Below are positions 36,610-43,341 of a DNA stretch of 64,000 nucleotides, one piece after another (position 1 is the stretch's first letter; the number at the start of each line of letters is the position of its first letter). The translations under genes were made by a program, and so were the position numbers. Source of the DNA: Escherichia phage nepoznato; sequence record NC_052658.1, one strand, 5' to 3'. A model generated the notes under the pieces. It did not search any database. It was not told where the DNA came from and was given only the letters and a program-made list of their open reading frames with translations.

Positions 36610-36960
36610 TCATTCATAAGAGCAAGCAAGGATCACGCCTGCAATATAAAGCCAATAATTTTCCCTTTCTCGTTGGATTTTATCATCGCGGCTATTCTCT
36701 TTAATGTATCCCCAGGATGTTAACAGGCGATCAATTTCCCAATATTCGAAAGCGATATTGATATCTGATGGCAAACCTTGTAACCAACTTGCCAGGGCGC
36801 GGACTATTGATCCGTTATATCGTTTTTGATTATCAGGGTACCAGTACTCTGATTCAAAGCGGCGCATCAGTTCGGCTATCTTCTCTTTTTCGCCAGTGAT
36901 GCCATAGTCGATTGATGCTAGGATGTAACCTTTAATTTCGTTTTGTGCTTTCATGGTCAA
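36610..36960 (-). CDS. hypothetical protein
   Basis: 116-aa ORF immediately downstream of 36967-37188 (co-transcribed). Confidence 0.5.
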   Translation of the reverse strand: MTMKAQNEIKGYILASIDYGITGEKEKIAELMRRFESEYWYPDNQKRYNGSIVRALASWLQGLPSDINIAFEYWEIDRLLTSWGYIKENSRDDKIQRERENYWLYIAGVILACSYE

Positions 36961-36966
36961 TCTCTC

Positions 36967-37188
36967 TTATTTACTTACAACCAGTTGATAACCGTTTTCT
37001 ACATTGCTAAACACTGTTAGCCCGTCGTCGCGCTCACTCATCAACAAGCAAGGCGATAACATGCGTTCGGCAGCTTTACACTCATTATAAGCGGCAGTGA
37101 TGTCTCCTGCTGCCTTGTCTTCTGTAGTAAATGTCTCGTTTACGTAAACCTGACCAGCAACAACGGCGACAATAGCAAAAGTAATCAT
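36967..37188 (-). CDS. hypothetical protein (cassette 9 ORF)
   Basis: 73-aa ORF with N-terminal hydrophobic segment. Confidence 0.5.
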   Translation of the reverse strand: MITFAIVAVVAGQVYVNETFTTEDKAAGDITAAYNECKAAERMLSPCLLMSERDDGLTVFSNVENGYQLVVSK

Positions 37189-37221
37189 GATGTTTCCTTG
37201 TTAATAGTGGTTTCTCTTCTC

Positions 37222-37259
37222 TATAGCGCCCATTATAAAGCGCTATAACGAAAAGTCAA
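37222..37259 (-). promoter_or_regulatory. sigma70 promoter with -10 inside an 8-bp-arm palindrome (operator-like; unit 9)
   Basis: Minus strand TTGACT, 16 bp, TATAAT; TATAGCGC-N10-GCGCTATA inverted repeat spans the -10. Confidence 0.55.
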
Positions 37260-37262
37260 CGA

Positions 37263-37430
37263 TTATTTTTTAAGGCTTAAAGTACCTAACTTGTCAGCAT
37301 GACGCAGACCAGGGAAGATCCATTTGCCTGATTCATCTTTTACCGGAGCTTTAAGCGTAGCGCCCAGGTTGGCGGCGTTAACTTTACGTGCAACGTTGCG
37401 AGCGGCTTCACGGGTAGCGCAAGTGATCAT
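37263..37430 (-). CDS. small protein (about 55 aa; cassette 10 ORF)
   Basis: MITCATREAARNVARKVNAANLG...; 20 nt after unit 10 hairpin; below track cutoff. Confidence 0.35.
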   Translation of the reverse strand: MITCATREAARNVARKVNAANLGATLKAPVKDESGKWIFPGLRHADKLGTLSLKK

Positions 37431-37454
37431 GATGTTTTCCTCTTCTCTTTGTTA

Positions 37455-37516
37455 GGCGGTGGACCATTCCGCCGCCTTGATGTAATACAGTTTACTCTTT
37501 TTCTTTCCGGTGTCAA
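37455..37516 (-). promoter_or_regulatory. PeSL-like early promoter with leader stem-loop (unit 10)
   Basis: Minus strand TTGACA, 16 bp, TAAACT, TATTACATCAAGG, 9-bp stem with G-U wobble and AUGG loop. Confidence 0.6.
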
Positions 37517-37526
37517 CAATCTTTTT

Positions 37527-37754
37527 TCAGATTAATTCATCCAGGCATAACAGGCGATCAACGTTGAGATCGGTTAGGCTGATGGTTGGCACCTGGTAGG
37601 ATTCGATGTACTCAACGCTCGACCATTGCCCGAAGTTAGCGACCGCCCAGCTATTCAAGGAAGAGTGAAGATCATCCCCTTTCTTCTCGGTGATAACTGC
37701 TACTACCTGGGAAGTGCCAACGGTGCCGGATACGCGAACAATATTGATAGCCAT
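37527..37754 (-). CDS. hypothetical protein (cassette 11 ORF)
   Basis: 75-aa ORF 20 nt after leader hairpin. Confidence 0.5.
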   Translation of the reverse strand: MAINIVRVSGTVGTSQVVAVITEKKGDDLHSSLNSWAVANFGQWSSVEYIESYQVPTISLTDLNVDRLLCLDELI

Positions 37755-37777
37755 GATTTTTCTCTCTTCTGTTAGGC

Positions 37778-37832
37778 GGGGCGCTTGTCGCCCCTATGTG
37801 ATACATCTTACACTAATTTTAAACGTTGTCAA
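37778..37832 (-). promoter_or_regulatory. PeSL-like early promoter with leader stem-loop (unit 11)
   Basis: Minus strand TTGACA, 16 bp, TAAGAT, TATCACATAGG, GGGCGACAAGCGCCCC hairpin. Confidence 0.6.
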
Positions 37833-37927
37833 ATTATTTTCTATTTCTTCCGTAATAGCCCAATTTATGATCTAAGCTAAAACGTTTTGTTAGATAGGTA
37901 GAACGATGTTTCATTTTTATATCTCCT

Positions 37928-38167
37928 TTACATTCCAACCATCGCGGCGCGGATCGCTGTAGTGCTATACTTGAAACCGTCTGGAGTTTTATCTTGTCCA
38001 GTTTGTTCCAGGAATAACATCATATCACGGGCAGCATCATTACGATTAGTATTAGCGGCGATAAATTCTTTCGCCAACCGATATAACGATTCATCGTTAT
38101 TAATCCAAAGGCTTACATTCCAATGAGTTTTATTTTTGTGACCTAAGAACATTTTTGATTTAGCCAT
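37928..38167 (-). CDS. hypothetical protein (cassette 12 ORF)
   Basis: 79-aa ORF. Confidence 0.5.
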   Translation of the reverse strand: MAKSKMFLGHKNKTHWNVSLWINNDESLYRLAKEFIAANTNRNDAARDMMLFLEQTGQDKTPDGFKYSTTAIRAAMVGM

Positions 38168-38192
38168 GATGTTAATCTCTTTTTTCAGTGAG

Positions 38193-38251
38193 GCGGGAAG
38201 TGTTCCCGCTCTCTATGTAATACAGTTTACTCTTTTTATTCGTGCTGTCAA
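38193..38251 (-). promoter_or_regulatory. PeSL-like early promoter with leader stem-loop (unit 12)
   Basis: Minus strand TTGACA, 16 bp, TAAACT, TATTACATAGAGA, GCGGGAA-CAC-UUCCCGC. Confidence 0.6.
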
Positions 38252-38257
38252 TGCTTT

Positions 38258-38623
38258 TTATAAATCTTTTTTACGTTTAACATCGCTCGCATGACTGTAT
38301 ACAGTGATCCCATTATCACGGCAAAAACGGGAAAGATACGCGCCGCGTGAAAACTCTTTACCTTCCATATTAATAACCTTGCTAAATTCTTCCAGGGCGA
38401 CGGTATCAAAATGATCACCATAACCATATTGAAACGGAACGTTAACCACCTCGATCAGTTTACCGCCGATCTCAACGTCAACCATTAAAGAAAAATATGT
38501 ATTACCGTAGGACTGTTGAAACCAACGACGGGCGCTAATATGCACCGCCTCAATGCTGGATAGTTCAATTTTAGCCGTGTCAGCCAGGGTAGCATAAGAG
38601 GAAACATTAATATTAATAGCCAT
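38258..38623 (-). CDS. hypothetical protein (cassette 13 ORF)
   Basis: 121-aa ORF. Confidence 0.5.
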   Translation of the reverse strand: MAININVSSYATLADTAKIELSSIEAVHISARRWFQQSYGNTYFSLMVDVEIGGKLIEVVNVPFQYGYGDHFDTVALEEFSKVINMEGKEFSRGAYLSRFCRDNGITVYSHASDVKRKKDL

Positions 38624-38645
38624 GATGATAACCTTTTTATTGTTG

Positions 38646-38701
38646 GCGGCACCATTGCCGCCCTACGTGATAAACTATAACAGAATTTTAAACAATGTCA
38701 A
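38646..38701 (-). promoter_or_regulatory. PeSL-like early promoter with leader stem-loop (unit 13)
   Basis: Minus strand TTGACA, 16 bp, TATAGT, TATCACGTAGG, GCGGCA-AUGG-UGCCGC. Confidence 0.6.
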
Positions 38702-38711
38702 ACGTTTTTTC

Positions 38712-38957
38712 TTAGTTTGCGAAATATGGCGCGGCGGCTGATGCCGTTAAGCTCCAAGTGATTTGACTATCGATCAAGTATTCTTCATTCTTGATCCGCA
38801 CGGTATCAATCGAGAAGTTACTAAAAGGTTTACTTTTAATTTTACGAACAACCGTTACACGACGGTTATTTTTCATCTCTTTTAACTGAATCCAGGCGAA
38901 ACCTTTTTCATTAACGAAAATTTCATTGTGGTTAGTGATAGATGATAAGTGTTTCAT
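38712..38957 (-). CDS. hypothetical protein (cassette 14 ORF)
   Basis: Start moved to ATG (MKHLSSI); the track N-terminus YHVGRR is just the translated leader. Confidence 0.5.
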   Translation of the reverse strand: MKHLSSITNHNEIFVNEKGFAWIQLKEMKNNRRVTVVRKIKSKPFSNFSIDTVRIKNEEYLIDSQITWSLTASAAAPYFAN

Positions 38958-38980
38958 GATTTTTCTCTCTTCTGTTTTGA

Positions 38981-39040
38981 GCGGTGGACCATTCCGCCGC
39001 CCTACGTGATACATATTACTACTTTTTCAAACGTTGTCAA
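38981..39040 (-). promoter_or_regulatory. PeSL-like early promoter with leader stem-loop (unit 14)
   Basis: Minus strand TTGACA, 16 bp, TAATAT, TATCACGTAGG, 8-bp stem with AUGG loop. Confidence 0.6.
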
Positions 39041-39049
39041 CAATCTTTT

Positions 39050-39331
39050 TCAACTATATGATCCGCACCGTTCGCAATAGTGATCTTCTTCCTCTTCCAC
39101 TACTTGACCGACAAAATGATCAACCTTTGATTTCAGGCTTTTATAATTACTTTCTACTTCCTGTAGTCGTCGTTGGTAGTATTCCAGGGCTTGCACATAT
39201 GCCGCTTGTTCTGTTTTAGCTTGCATCGCTAAATTCATGCCGCGCGTGTCATCATACAACCAATAACCATCATTGCATTCACTGATTGACAGTGTGGGGC
39301 TTAGTTTTTCGTGACGGATAACCTTGCTCAT
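39050..39331 (-). CDS. hypothetical protein with C-terminal Cys pair
   Basis: Track ORF 39050-39364; probable start MSKVIRHEKL; ends CERCGSYS. Confidence 0.45.
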   Translation of the reverse strand: MSKVIRHEKLSPTLSISECNDGYWLYDDTRGMNLAMQAKTEQAAYVQALEYYQRRLQEVESNYKSLKSKVDHFVGQVVEEEEDHYCERCGSYS

Positions 39332-39341
39332 AGTGTGCGCC

Positions 39342-39446
39342 TTATAGAATGATTGAAACAACAATTGCTACAGTGATCCACACTGGAACGGCTAACAAAA
39401 TAGCGTTAATCGTTCCAACCGTCAAGCTATTTCCTTTATTAATCAT
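39342..39446 (-). CDS. small membrane peptide (about 34 aa; cassette 15 ORF)
   Basis: MINKGNSLTVGTINAILLAVPVWITVAIVVSIIL; RBS AAGAGG; approximate. Confidence 0.35.
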   Translation of the reverse strand: MINKGNSLTVGTINAILLAVPVWITVAIVVSIIL

Positions 39447-39475
39447 TGTAAGCCTCTTGCATAATTTCACTATGA

Positions 39476-39532
39476 GCGGCACCATTGCCGCCCTACGTGG
39501 TAAATATTATGCCAGTGGCGGCGATATGTCAA
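39476..39532 (-). promoter_or_regulatory. PeSL-like early promoter with leader stem-loop (unit 15)
   Basis: Minus strand TTGACA, 17 bp, TAATAT, TACCACGTAGG, GCGGCA-AUGG-UGCCGC; 42-bp core identical to unit 18. Confidence 0.6.
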
Positions 39533-40086
39533 AGACTATTTTCAAAGTTTTCTAGGGCGATCCTTTTTTCTTCCTCTGTCGGCTGATAATCAGGAAAAGC
39601 ATCAGCACACAACAACGGCGGGATCTCTTCGTACTCTTCCTCTTCCGTTGTCTCCTCGTCTTCCTCCTGGGCTATGGCTGCAATTTTGGCTAATTTTCTT
39701 TCAGCTTGAATCAATTTACCATCAAGTACGTTTTTTGCCATGTTGTAAGCGGTCCAGGTGATGCGCTTACTTTCCAGGGCCTGATCGAGCGCCGCTATCT
39801 TGCTGGGGTATTCATCCAGGACACGAAAAGCCGGATCAACTTTGTACAAAGGATTATCTTTCGCGCCGTCGCTCGCATCTTCCGCACTGGATAAATCAGC
39901 GTTACCATTTGCCAGCCAGCCAGGGCGCACATAACGCGCTTTTATGTTGCCGTTACTACGTGCTAACCTGTTACCTATTTGCTCACCGCTATATCCCGTG
40001 GATTCATCGATAAGATGATCGGGAATGATGCGCGGATCATCTGCTTCATGTTTTACCCAAGACTGGATCACATATTCGCGGCCCAT
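39529..40086 (-). CDS. hypothetical protein with acidic C-terminal region
   Basis: Start moved to ATG (MGREYV) after AGGTGG; co-transcribed with 40088-40345. Confidence 0.5.
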   Translation of the reverse strand: MGREYVIQSWVKHEADDPRIIPDHLIDESTGYSGEQIGNRLARSNGNIKARYVRPGWLANGNADLSSAEDASDGAKDNPLYKVDPAFRVLDEYPSKIAALDQALESKRITWTAYNMAKNVLDGKLIQAERKLAKIAAIAQEEDEETTEEEEYEEIPPLLCADAFPDYQPTEEEKRIALENFENSL

Positions 40087-40087
40087 A

Positions 40088-40345
40088 TTAACCACCTTTT
40101 TTCAACAATCGGCATACTTTAAAAAGACTTGCTGAATCCTTGCAAGGGTAGAAAGATGTACGATAATCACGTACGCCAACCTTGCGGATCTCGATGTTTT
40201 CGCATGTTGTTTGATCAAAGATATTTATTTCATCACGCCCCCTTATATAAACATAGTGGGGATGTATTAACGCATATTTTGCTAATCTGTAAAAAGCGTT
40301 ATCTTTGAACGCGATCACGTGACCTTTTAATTTGATGTAAAACAT
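40088..40345 (-). CDS. hypothetical protein (cassette 16 ORF)
   Basis: 85-aa ORF after RBS AAGGTGG. Confidence 0.5.
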   Translation of the reverse strand: MFYIKLKGHVIAFKDNAFYRLAKYALIHPHYVYIRGRDEINIFDQTTCENIEIRKVGVRDYRTSFYPCKDSASLFKVCRLLKKGG

Positions 40346-40363
40346 TCTACCACCTTACAAATA

Positions 40364-40418
40364 GCGGGAACTATTCCCGCTTTATGTAACATATTAACAA
40401 ATTAGTCGTTAATGTCAA
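40364..40418 (-). promoter_or_regulatory. PeSL-like early promoter with leader stem-loop (unit 16)
   Basis: Minus strand TTGACA, 16 bp, TAATAT, TTACATAAA, GCGGGAA-UAG-UUCCCGC. Confidence 0.6.
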
Positions 40419-40421
40419 GCC

Positions 40422-40694
40422 TTAAAGCAAAAACGCTACATCTTGCGCTTTTAATGTAGTGTCAACCATTTTTGGGCTTTTATAATCAACAAAACGCGCG
40501 GTTTTTTCAATAGCAAAACCGAGATAATCTTGTTTATTGAATTTACATTCTTTCTTAAATGTTTCCCGCGCCACGGTGATCGCTGCGTCCAGGGATAAAC
40601 GCCCGTCAATGTTGATATTTGCGAAAGATCCGCCACCGCTCATAGGTTTACCAGTGGTGCCAGCTACGATCATTGTTGCGCTATATGATGCCAT
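40422..40694 (-). CDS. hypothetical protein (cassette 17 ORF)
   Basis: Start moved to ATG (MASYSATMIV). Confidence 0.5.
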   Translation of the reverse strand: MASYSATMIVAGTTGKPMSGGGSFANINIDGRLSLDAAITVARETFKKECKFNKQDYLGFAIEKTARFVDYKSPKMVDTTLKAQDVAFLL

Positions 40695-40719
40695 GATTAT
40701 AATCTCTCTTCTGTTGTGA

Positions 40720-40780
40720 GCGGCTGAACCATTCCGCCGCCCTATGTGATACATCTTATCAGGTTGTTGGTTGTTGTCAA
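40720..40780 (-). promoter_or_regulatory. PeSL-like early promoter with leader stem-loop (unit 17)
   Basis: Minus strand TTGACA, 16 bp, TAAGAT, TATCACATAGG, 8-bp stem with AUGG loop. Confidence 0.6.
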
Positions 40781-40786
40781 TACTTT

Positions 40787-40984
40787 TTATTCTATTCCTG
40801 CAATCTGATTAACGCGTTTGCATTTTGTAGCGTGCTGGTCTTCTGTAATTACTCCCATTTCTAACAGTGAATCAATGAAAGATAAAACCGTTTCATGATC
40901 ATCCTGGGGATGACTGAACTCAGTAAAACCGTTTACTACCACGTTTATTTGTCCAGCTTTCGCCACAATGTGCAATGTTGCCAT
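40787..40984 (-). CDS. hypothetical protein (cassette 18 ORF)
   Basis: Start moved to ATG (MATLHIV). Confidence 0.5.
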   Translation of the reverse strand: MATLHIVAKAGQINVVVNGFTEFSHPQDDHETVLSFIDSLLEMGVITEDQHATKCKRVNQIAGIE

Positions 40985-41005
40985 GATTTTAACTCCAAAT
41001 AATGA

Positions 41006-41062
41006 GCGGCACCATTGCCGCCCTACGTGGTAAATATTATGCCGCCACCTGGCGAACGTCAA
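41006..41062 (-). promoter_or_regulatory. PeSL-like early promoter with leader stem-loop (unit 18)
   Basis: Minus strand TTGACG, 17 bp, TAATAT, TACCACGTAGG, GCGGCA-AUGG-UGCCGC. Confidence 0.6.
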
Positions 41063-41171
41063 TCACTTTTTCAATCTTTTTTATTTTCTTTTTGCTTGCT
41101 ATATATAAAAGAAAGGGCTATCATCTTTCTACCGCGCCAACCTGGGCGCACATCAAAGAAAGGGCGATACC

Positions 41172-41438
41172 ATGACAAATACTACATTACACCTTATGCA
41201 CTCATTGGGCTGGCAAGGCGGCACGGTGCACCAGGTAGCAAGCGCAACGGGCTTAAAGGTTGAAACCGTTCTCAACCTATCAGATTATAAGGTCGAGGAT
41301 AGTTATCAATTACAAAGTTACACGGGCGGTTTTACCTGGGCGCGTGAAGGTGGGAAAGAAAGCAATATACCACATTGGGGAAAAGGTGATATTCATTTTT
41401 GGCTAGGTGTCCTGACCTGGCAAGAAAACAAAAAATAA
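41172..41438 (+). CDS. hypothetical protein
   Basis: 88-aa plus-strand ORF diverging from the minus array. Confidence 0.45.
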   Translation: MTNTTLHLMHSLGWQGGTVHQVASATGLKVETVLNLSDYKVEDSYQLQSYTGGFTWAREGGKESNIPHWGKGDIHFWLGVLTWQENKK

Positions 41439-41440
41439 TC

Positions 41441-41469
41441 TTGACAAGCCCAGGGATCGGGCTTATACT
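41441..41469 (+). promoter_or_regulatory. sigma70-type promoter with PeSL-like leader, no downstream ORF
   Basis: TTGACA, 17 bp, TATACT, then GTTTTACATACAG and GC-rich hairpins; no plus ORF of 20 aa or more before 42.2 kb. Confidence 0.5.
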
Positions 41470-41477
41470 GTTTTACA

Positions 41478-41600
41478 TACAGAAGAGGAAGCGCCACCCC
41501 CACGGCGTAAAGGCGGGGCTAACATACCAGGGGCACTGGTTGGAAGGTTGATCGCCGGTAGGCTGGGCGCTATATATTTGTAAAGAAATGTAAAGATAAA
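41478..41600 (+). ncRNA. candidate structured non-coding transcript or leader
   Basis: About 80-nt GC-rich segment flanked by GCGCC...GGCGC with internal hairpins, downstream of the consensus promoter; not tRNA-like. Confidence 0.25.
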
Positions 41601-41699
41601 ATAATCGCTTGCTTTCCTGGCTGGATCTGTTATTCTTATTACATGGCGAGGGGACACGGGAGCGCGAGACAAACACCGCCCCTGCGCGTCATTCTCTAA

Positions 41700-41720
41700 A
41701 TGAGAATGATTATCATTTAC
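41700..41720. promoter_or_regulatory. Fur-box-like palindrome (AATGAT-T-ATCATT)
   Basis: GAGAATGATTATCATTTAC; perfect 6-1-6 inverted repeat. Confidence 0.35.
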
Positions 41721-41759
41721 TTTATTAAATAAGAATCAATCTCATTTATAAACCTAAAT

Positions 41760-41778
41760 GCGAATCATTATCATTTGC
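41760..41778. promoter_or_regulatory. Fur-box-like element
   Basis: GCGAATCATTATCATTTGC. Confidence 0.3.
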
Positions 41779-42159
41779 ATTTCCACATGAGAACTCTTCT
41801 CATTCCCATCTGCATAAATTTTTGTAAACTTTAAATTTTGCTTTTGTACTTTCATTTTTGTAAAAGCAAAAAAACTTTAAATACTGTGGGCGCGCAAAAT
41901 TTTTAAAATTTTCCTTGACTTTTGAGTTTTGTTTTGTATCTGACATTTTAAGATAATTTTCCTAAACTTTAAATTTTGGTTTTCAACTTTCACTTTTGTA
42001 AATTCTTAAAAAGTTTAAATAATTTGAGGGATTTTTGAGATAATGGATAGTGGGAATTTGATATAACCTTTAATCTTATTAGTAGACCTTCAGGAACCCA
42101 CCTAGATCGAATCCTGGTGATGCAAACTGAAAAAGACAAGGGTTTGTATAGGACAAAAT

Positions 42160-42195
42160 AATAGGCTCTCTACGGTGCTGTAGGAGCCTTATTTC
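42160..42195 (+). terminator. long hairpin with U-tract at convergent junction
   Basis: AGGCTCTCTAC...GTAGGAGCCT stem followed by TATTTCT. Confidence 0.5.
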
Positions 42196-42244
42196 TGTGC
42201 TACAAAGTGACACCTTTGTTCTAAAAATGAAAAAAGTTAAAATA

Positions 42245-42787
42245 TCACAAATATCGTCTTTGCGGTATTTTGTCTGGGAAAAGTATTTCGATCAGTTTGT
42301 TATGATATTTACCTAAAAGATTTTGCCCTTTCCAGTTGACCGGATTTAGCACCCCTGGTTCATACATCCCCATTCCAATTCCGTAAACCTTATCGTAGGG
42401 GCTTGCTTCAACAAACGTTTTGTATTGGTAAAGGTGTAAGTCTGCATACAAATCTGGATTCTGTACATATTTCAAGCATAAACCTCGCATAACAATACGC
42501 TCACGGTTCTCTTCCCATACGTTGTTATCAAAATCCGACACTGCCCTACCCATACGTTTGTAATAAGCTTGGATCTTCTCATCTTTCCGTATCAAACTAT
42601 GAGTCAGAATAGCCTGTGCAGTGTTGTGGTCATTAAAAAGCAAAGCTTTACGCCACATCATATATTGTTCGACACAATTAAATGTTTGATTGTAACCTGG
42701 TTCGGTTTCTGTAAAGGGTGCAATATACCAATTACTAAACACATCTTTATGTGAAAAGAAGAATACATAATCATCAGTTATTCGCAT
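42245..42787 (-). CDS. NADAR-domain (YbiA-like, DUF1768) protein
   Basis: FFFSHKDVFSNWY, EQYMMWRKA, YGIGMG and WKGQNLLGKYHNKL blocks matching the NADAR/YbiA family. Confidence 0.7.
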   Translation of the reverse strand: MRITDDYVFFFSHKDVFSNWYIAPFTETEPGYNQTFNCVEQYMMWRKALLFNDHNTAQAILTHSLIRKDEKIQAYYKRMGRAVSDFDNNVWEENRERIVMRGLCLKYVQNPDLYADLHLYQYKTFVEASPYDKVYGIGMGMYEPGVLNPVNWKGQNLLGKYHNKLIEILFPDKIPQRRYL

Positions 42788-42998
42788 TTTTCATACTCTC
42801 CAAAATTTCACGTTGCCCTTTCTGATAGGCTTTCATCAGGACCACTTTAAGGTTTGTCTCCAAAAGATCTTCATTGTAGTTATACCGCTCCACAACATAT
42901 GTCAATTCATCATAAAGATCAAGAACGGGGTAGAATACAGGGTTATCTGCTAAACGTGCCATAGTTTCTCCTTTGTTAGTCCATCCACCAGTAGCCAT
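42774..42998 (-). CDS. hypothetical protein
   Basis: 74-aa ORF. Confidence 0.45.
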   Translation of the reverse strand: MATGGWTNKGETMARLADNPVFYPVLDLYDELTYVVERYNYNEDLLETNLKVVLMKAYQKGQREILESMKNANN

Positions 42999-43341
42999 AA
43001 ACTGCGTCTGCGTCGATGAGTTTGTGTTTGTTGTTCCGCATGTAGTCTAAGATAAGTAGACGTTTATTGTATCTGGAGAGATTATGACCCTCTTTTCCGC
43101 CATAGTCAAAATATTTTGCAAGATCTTTACACTCAAACAAAATCAGTTCGGGAGTTTCTTCACACTGGTCTGTCTGGTACACTTGACGAATGATCATGTA
43201 TACATCATCGTCTTCCGCTAAATGCTCTACTGGTCCACATCCAGCAGGAACAAATTCATAGTCCCATCGGATCAGATGTTTCTCTACTGCTTCAAAGAAA
43301 TCCATCCTTTCGTTGCGCATAATTTGAACGTCAACTAACAT
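42976..43341 (-). CDS. hypothetical protein
   Basis: 121-aa ORF. Confidence 0.45.
   Translation of the reverse strand: MLVDVQIMRNERMDFFEAVEKHLIRWDYEFVPAGCGPVEHLAEDDDVYMIIRQVYQTDQCEETPELILFECKDLAKYFDYGGKEGHNLSRYNKRLLILDYMRNNKHKLIDADAVYGYWWMD

Larger units (their letters stand above)
41690..42060. repeat. AT-rich repeat tract (AACTTTAAATTTTG, TTTTGTAAA and Fur-box-like palindromes)
   Basis: About 80 percent A+T; direct repeats near 41826 and 41965; palindrome AATGATTATCATT at 41704 and related copy at 41764. Confidence 0.55.

Noticed and set aside
33678-41062. Possible CRISPR array, given many copies of a GC-rich palindromic repeat
   Set aside because: Repeat spacing is irregular (250-600 bp), each repeat sits between a sigma70 promoter and an RBS with an ORF, and the stems vary; this is a promoter-leader cassette array, not repeat-spacer structure.
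33678-41062. Leader hairpins as intrinsic terminators of the upstream gene
   Set aside because: No U-tract follows the hairpins on the transcribed strand; they lie downstream of the -10 box and about 20 nt upstream of the next start codon.
41478-41570. tRNA-like gene downstream of the 41441 promoter
   Set aside because: Ends pair (GCGCC...GGCGC) but there are no conserved tRNA positions (no GG in a D-loop, no TTC T-loop); kept only as a low-confidence structured RNA.
31956-41720. Fur-like motifs read as mini-ORFs (MRMIII-stop) that could be Ile-rich leader peptides or tRNA-sequestering minigenes
   Set aside because: The shared sequence is a 6-1-6 palindrome, which fits a dimeric DNA-binding site better; no RBS precedes the ATGs.
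42080-42130. Possible tRNA (GATCGAATCC resembles a T-loop)
   Set aside because: Flanking sequence cannot form T-stem, anticodon arm and acceptor stem; the only pairing is a 5-bp stem with a 16-nt loop.
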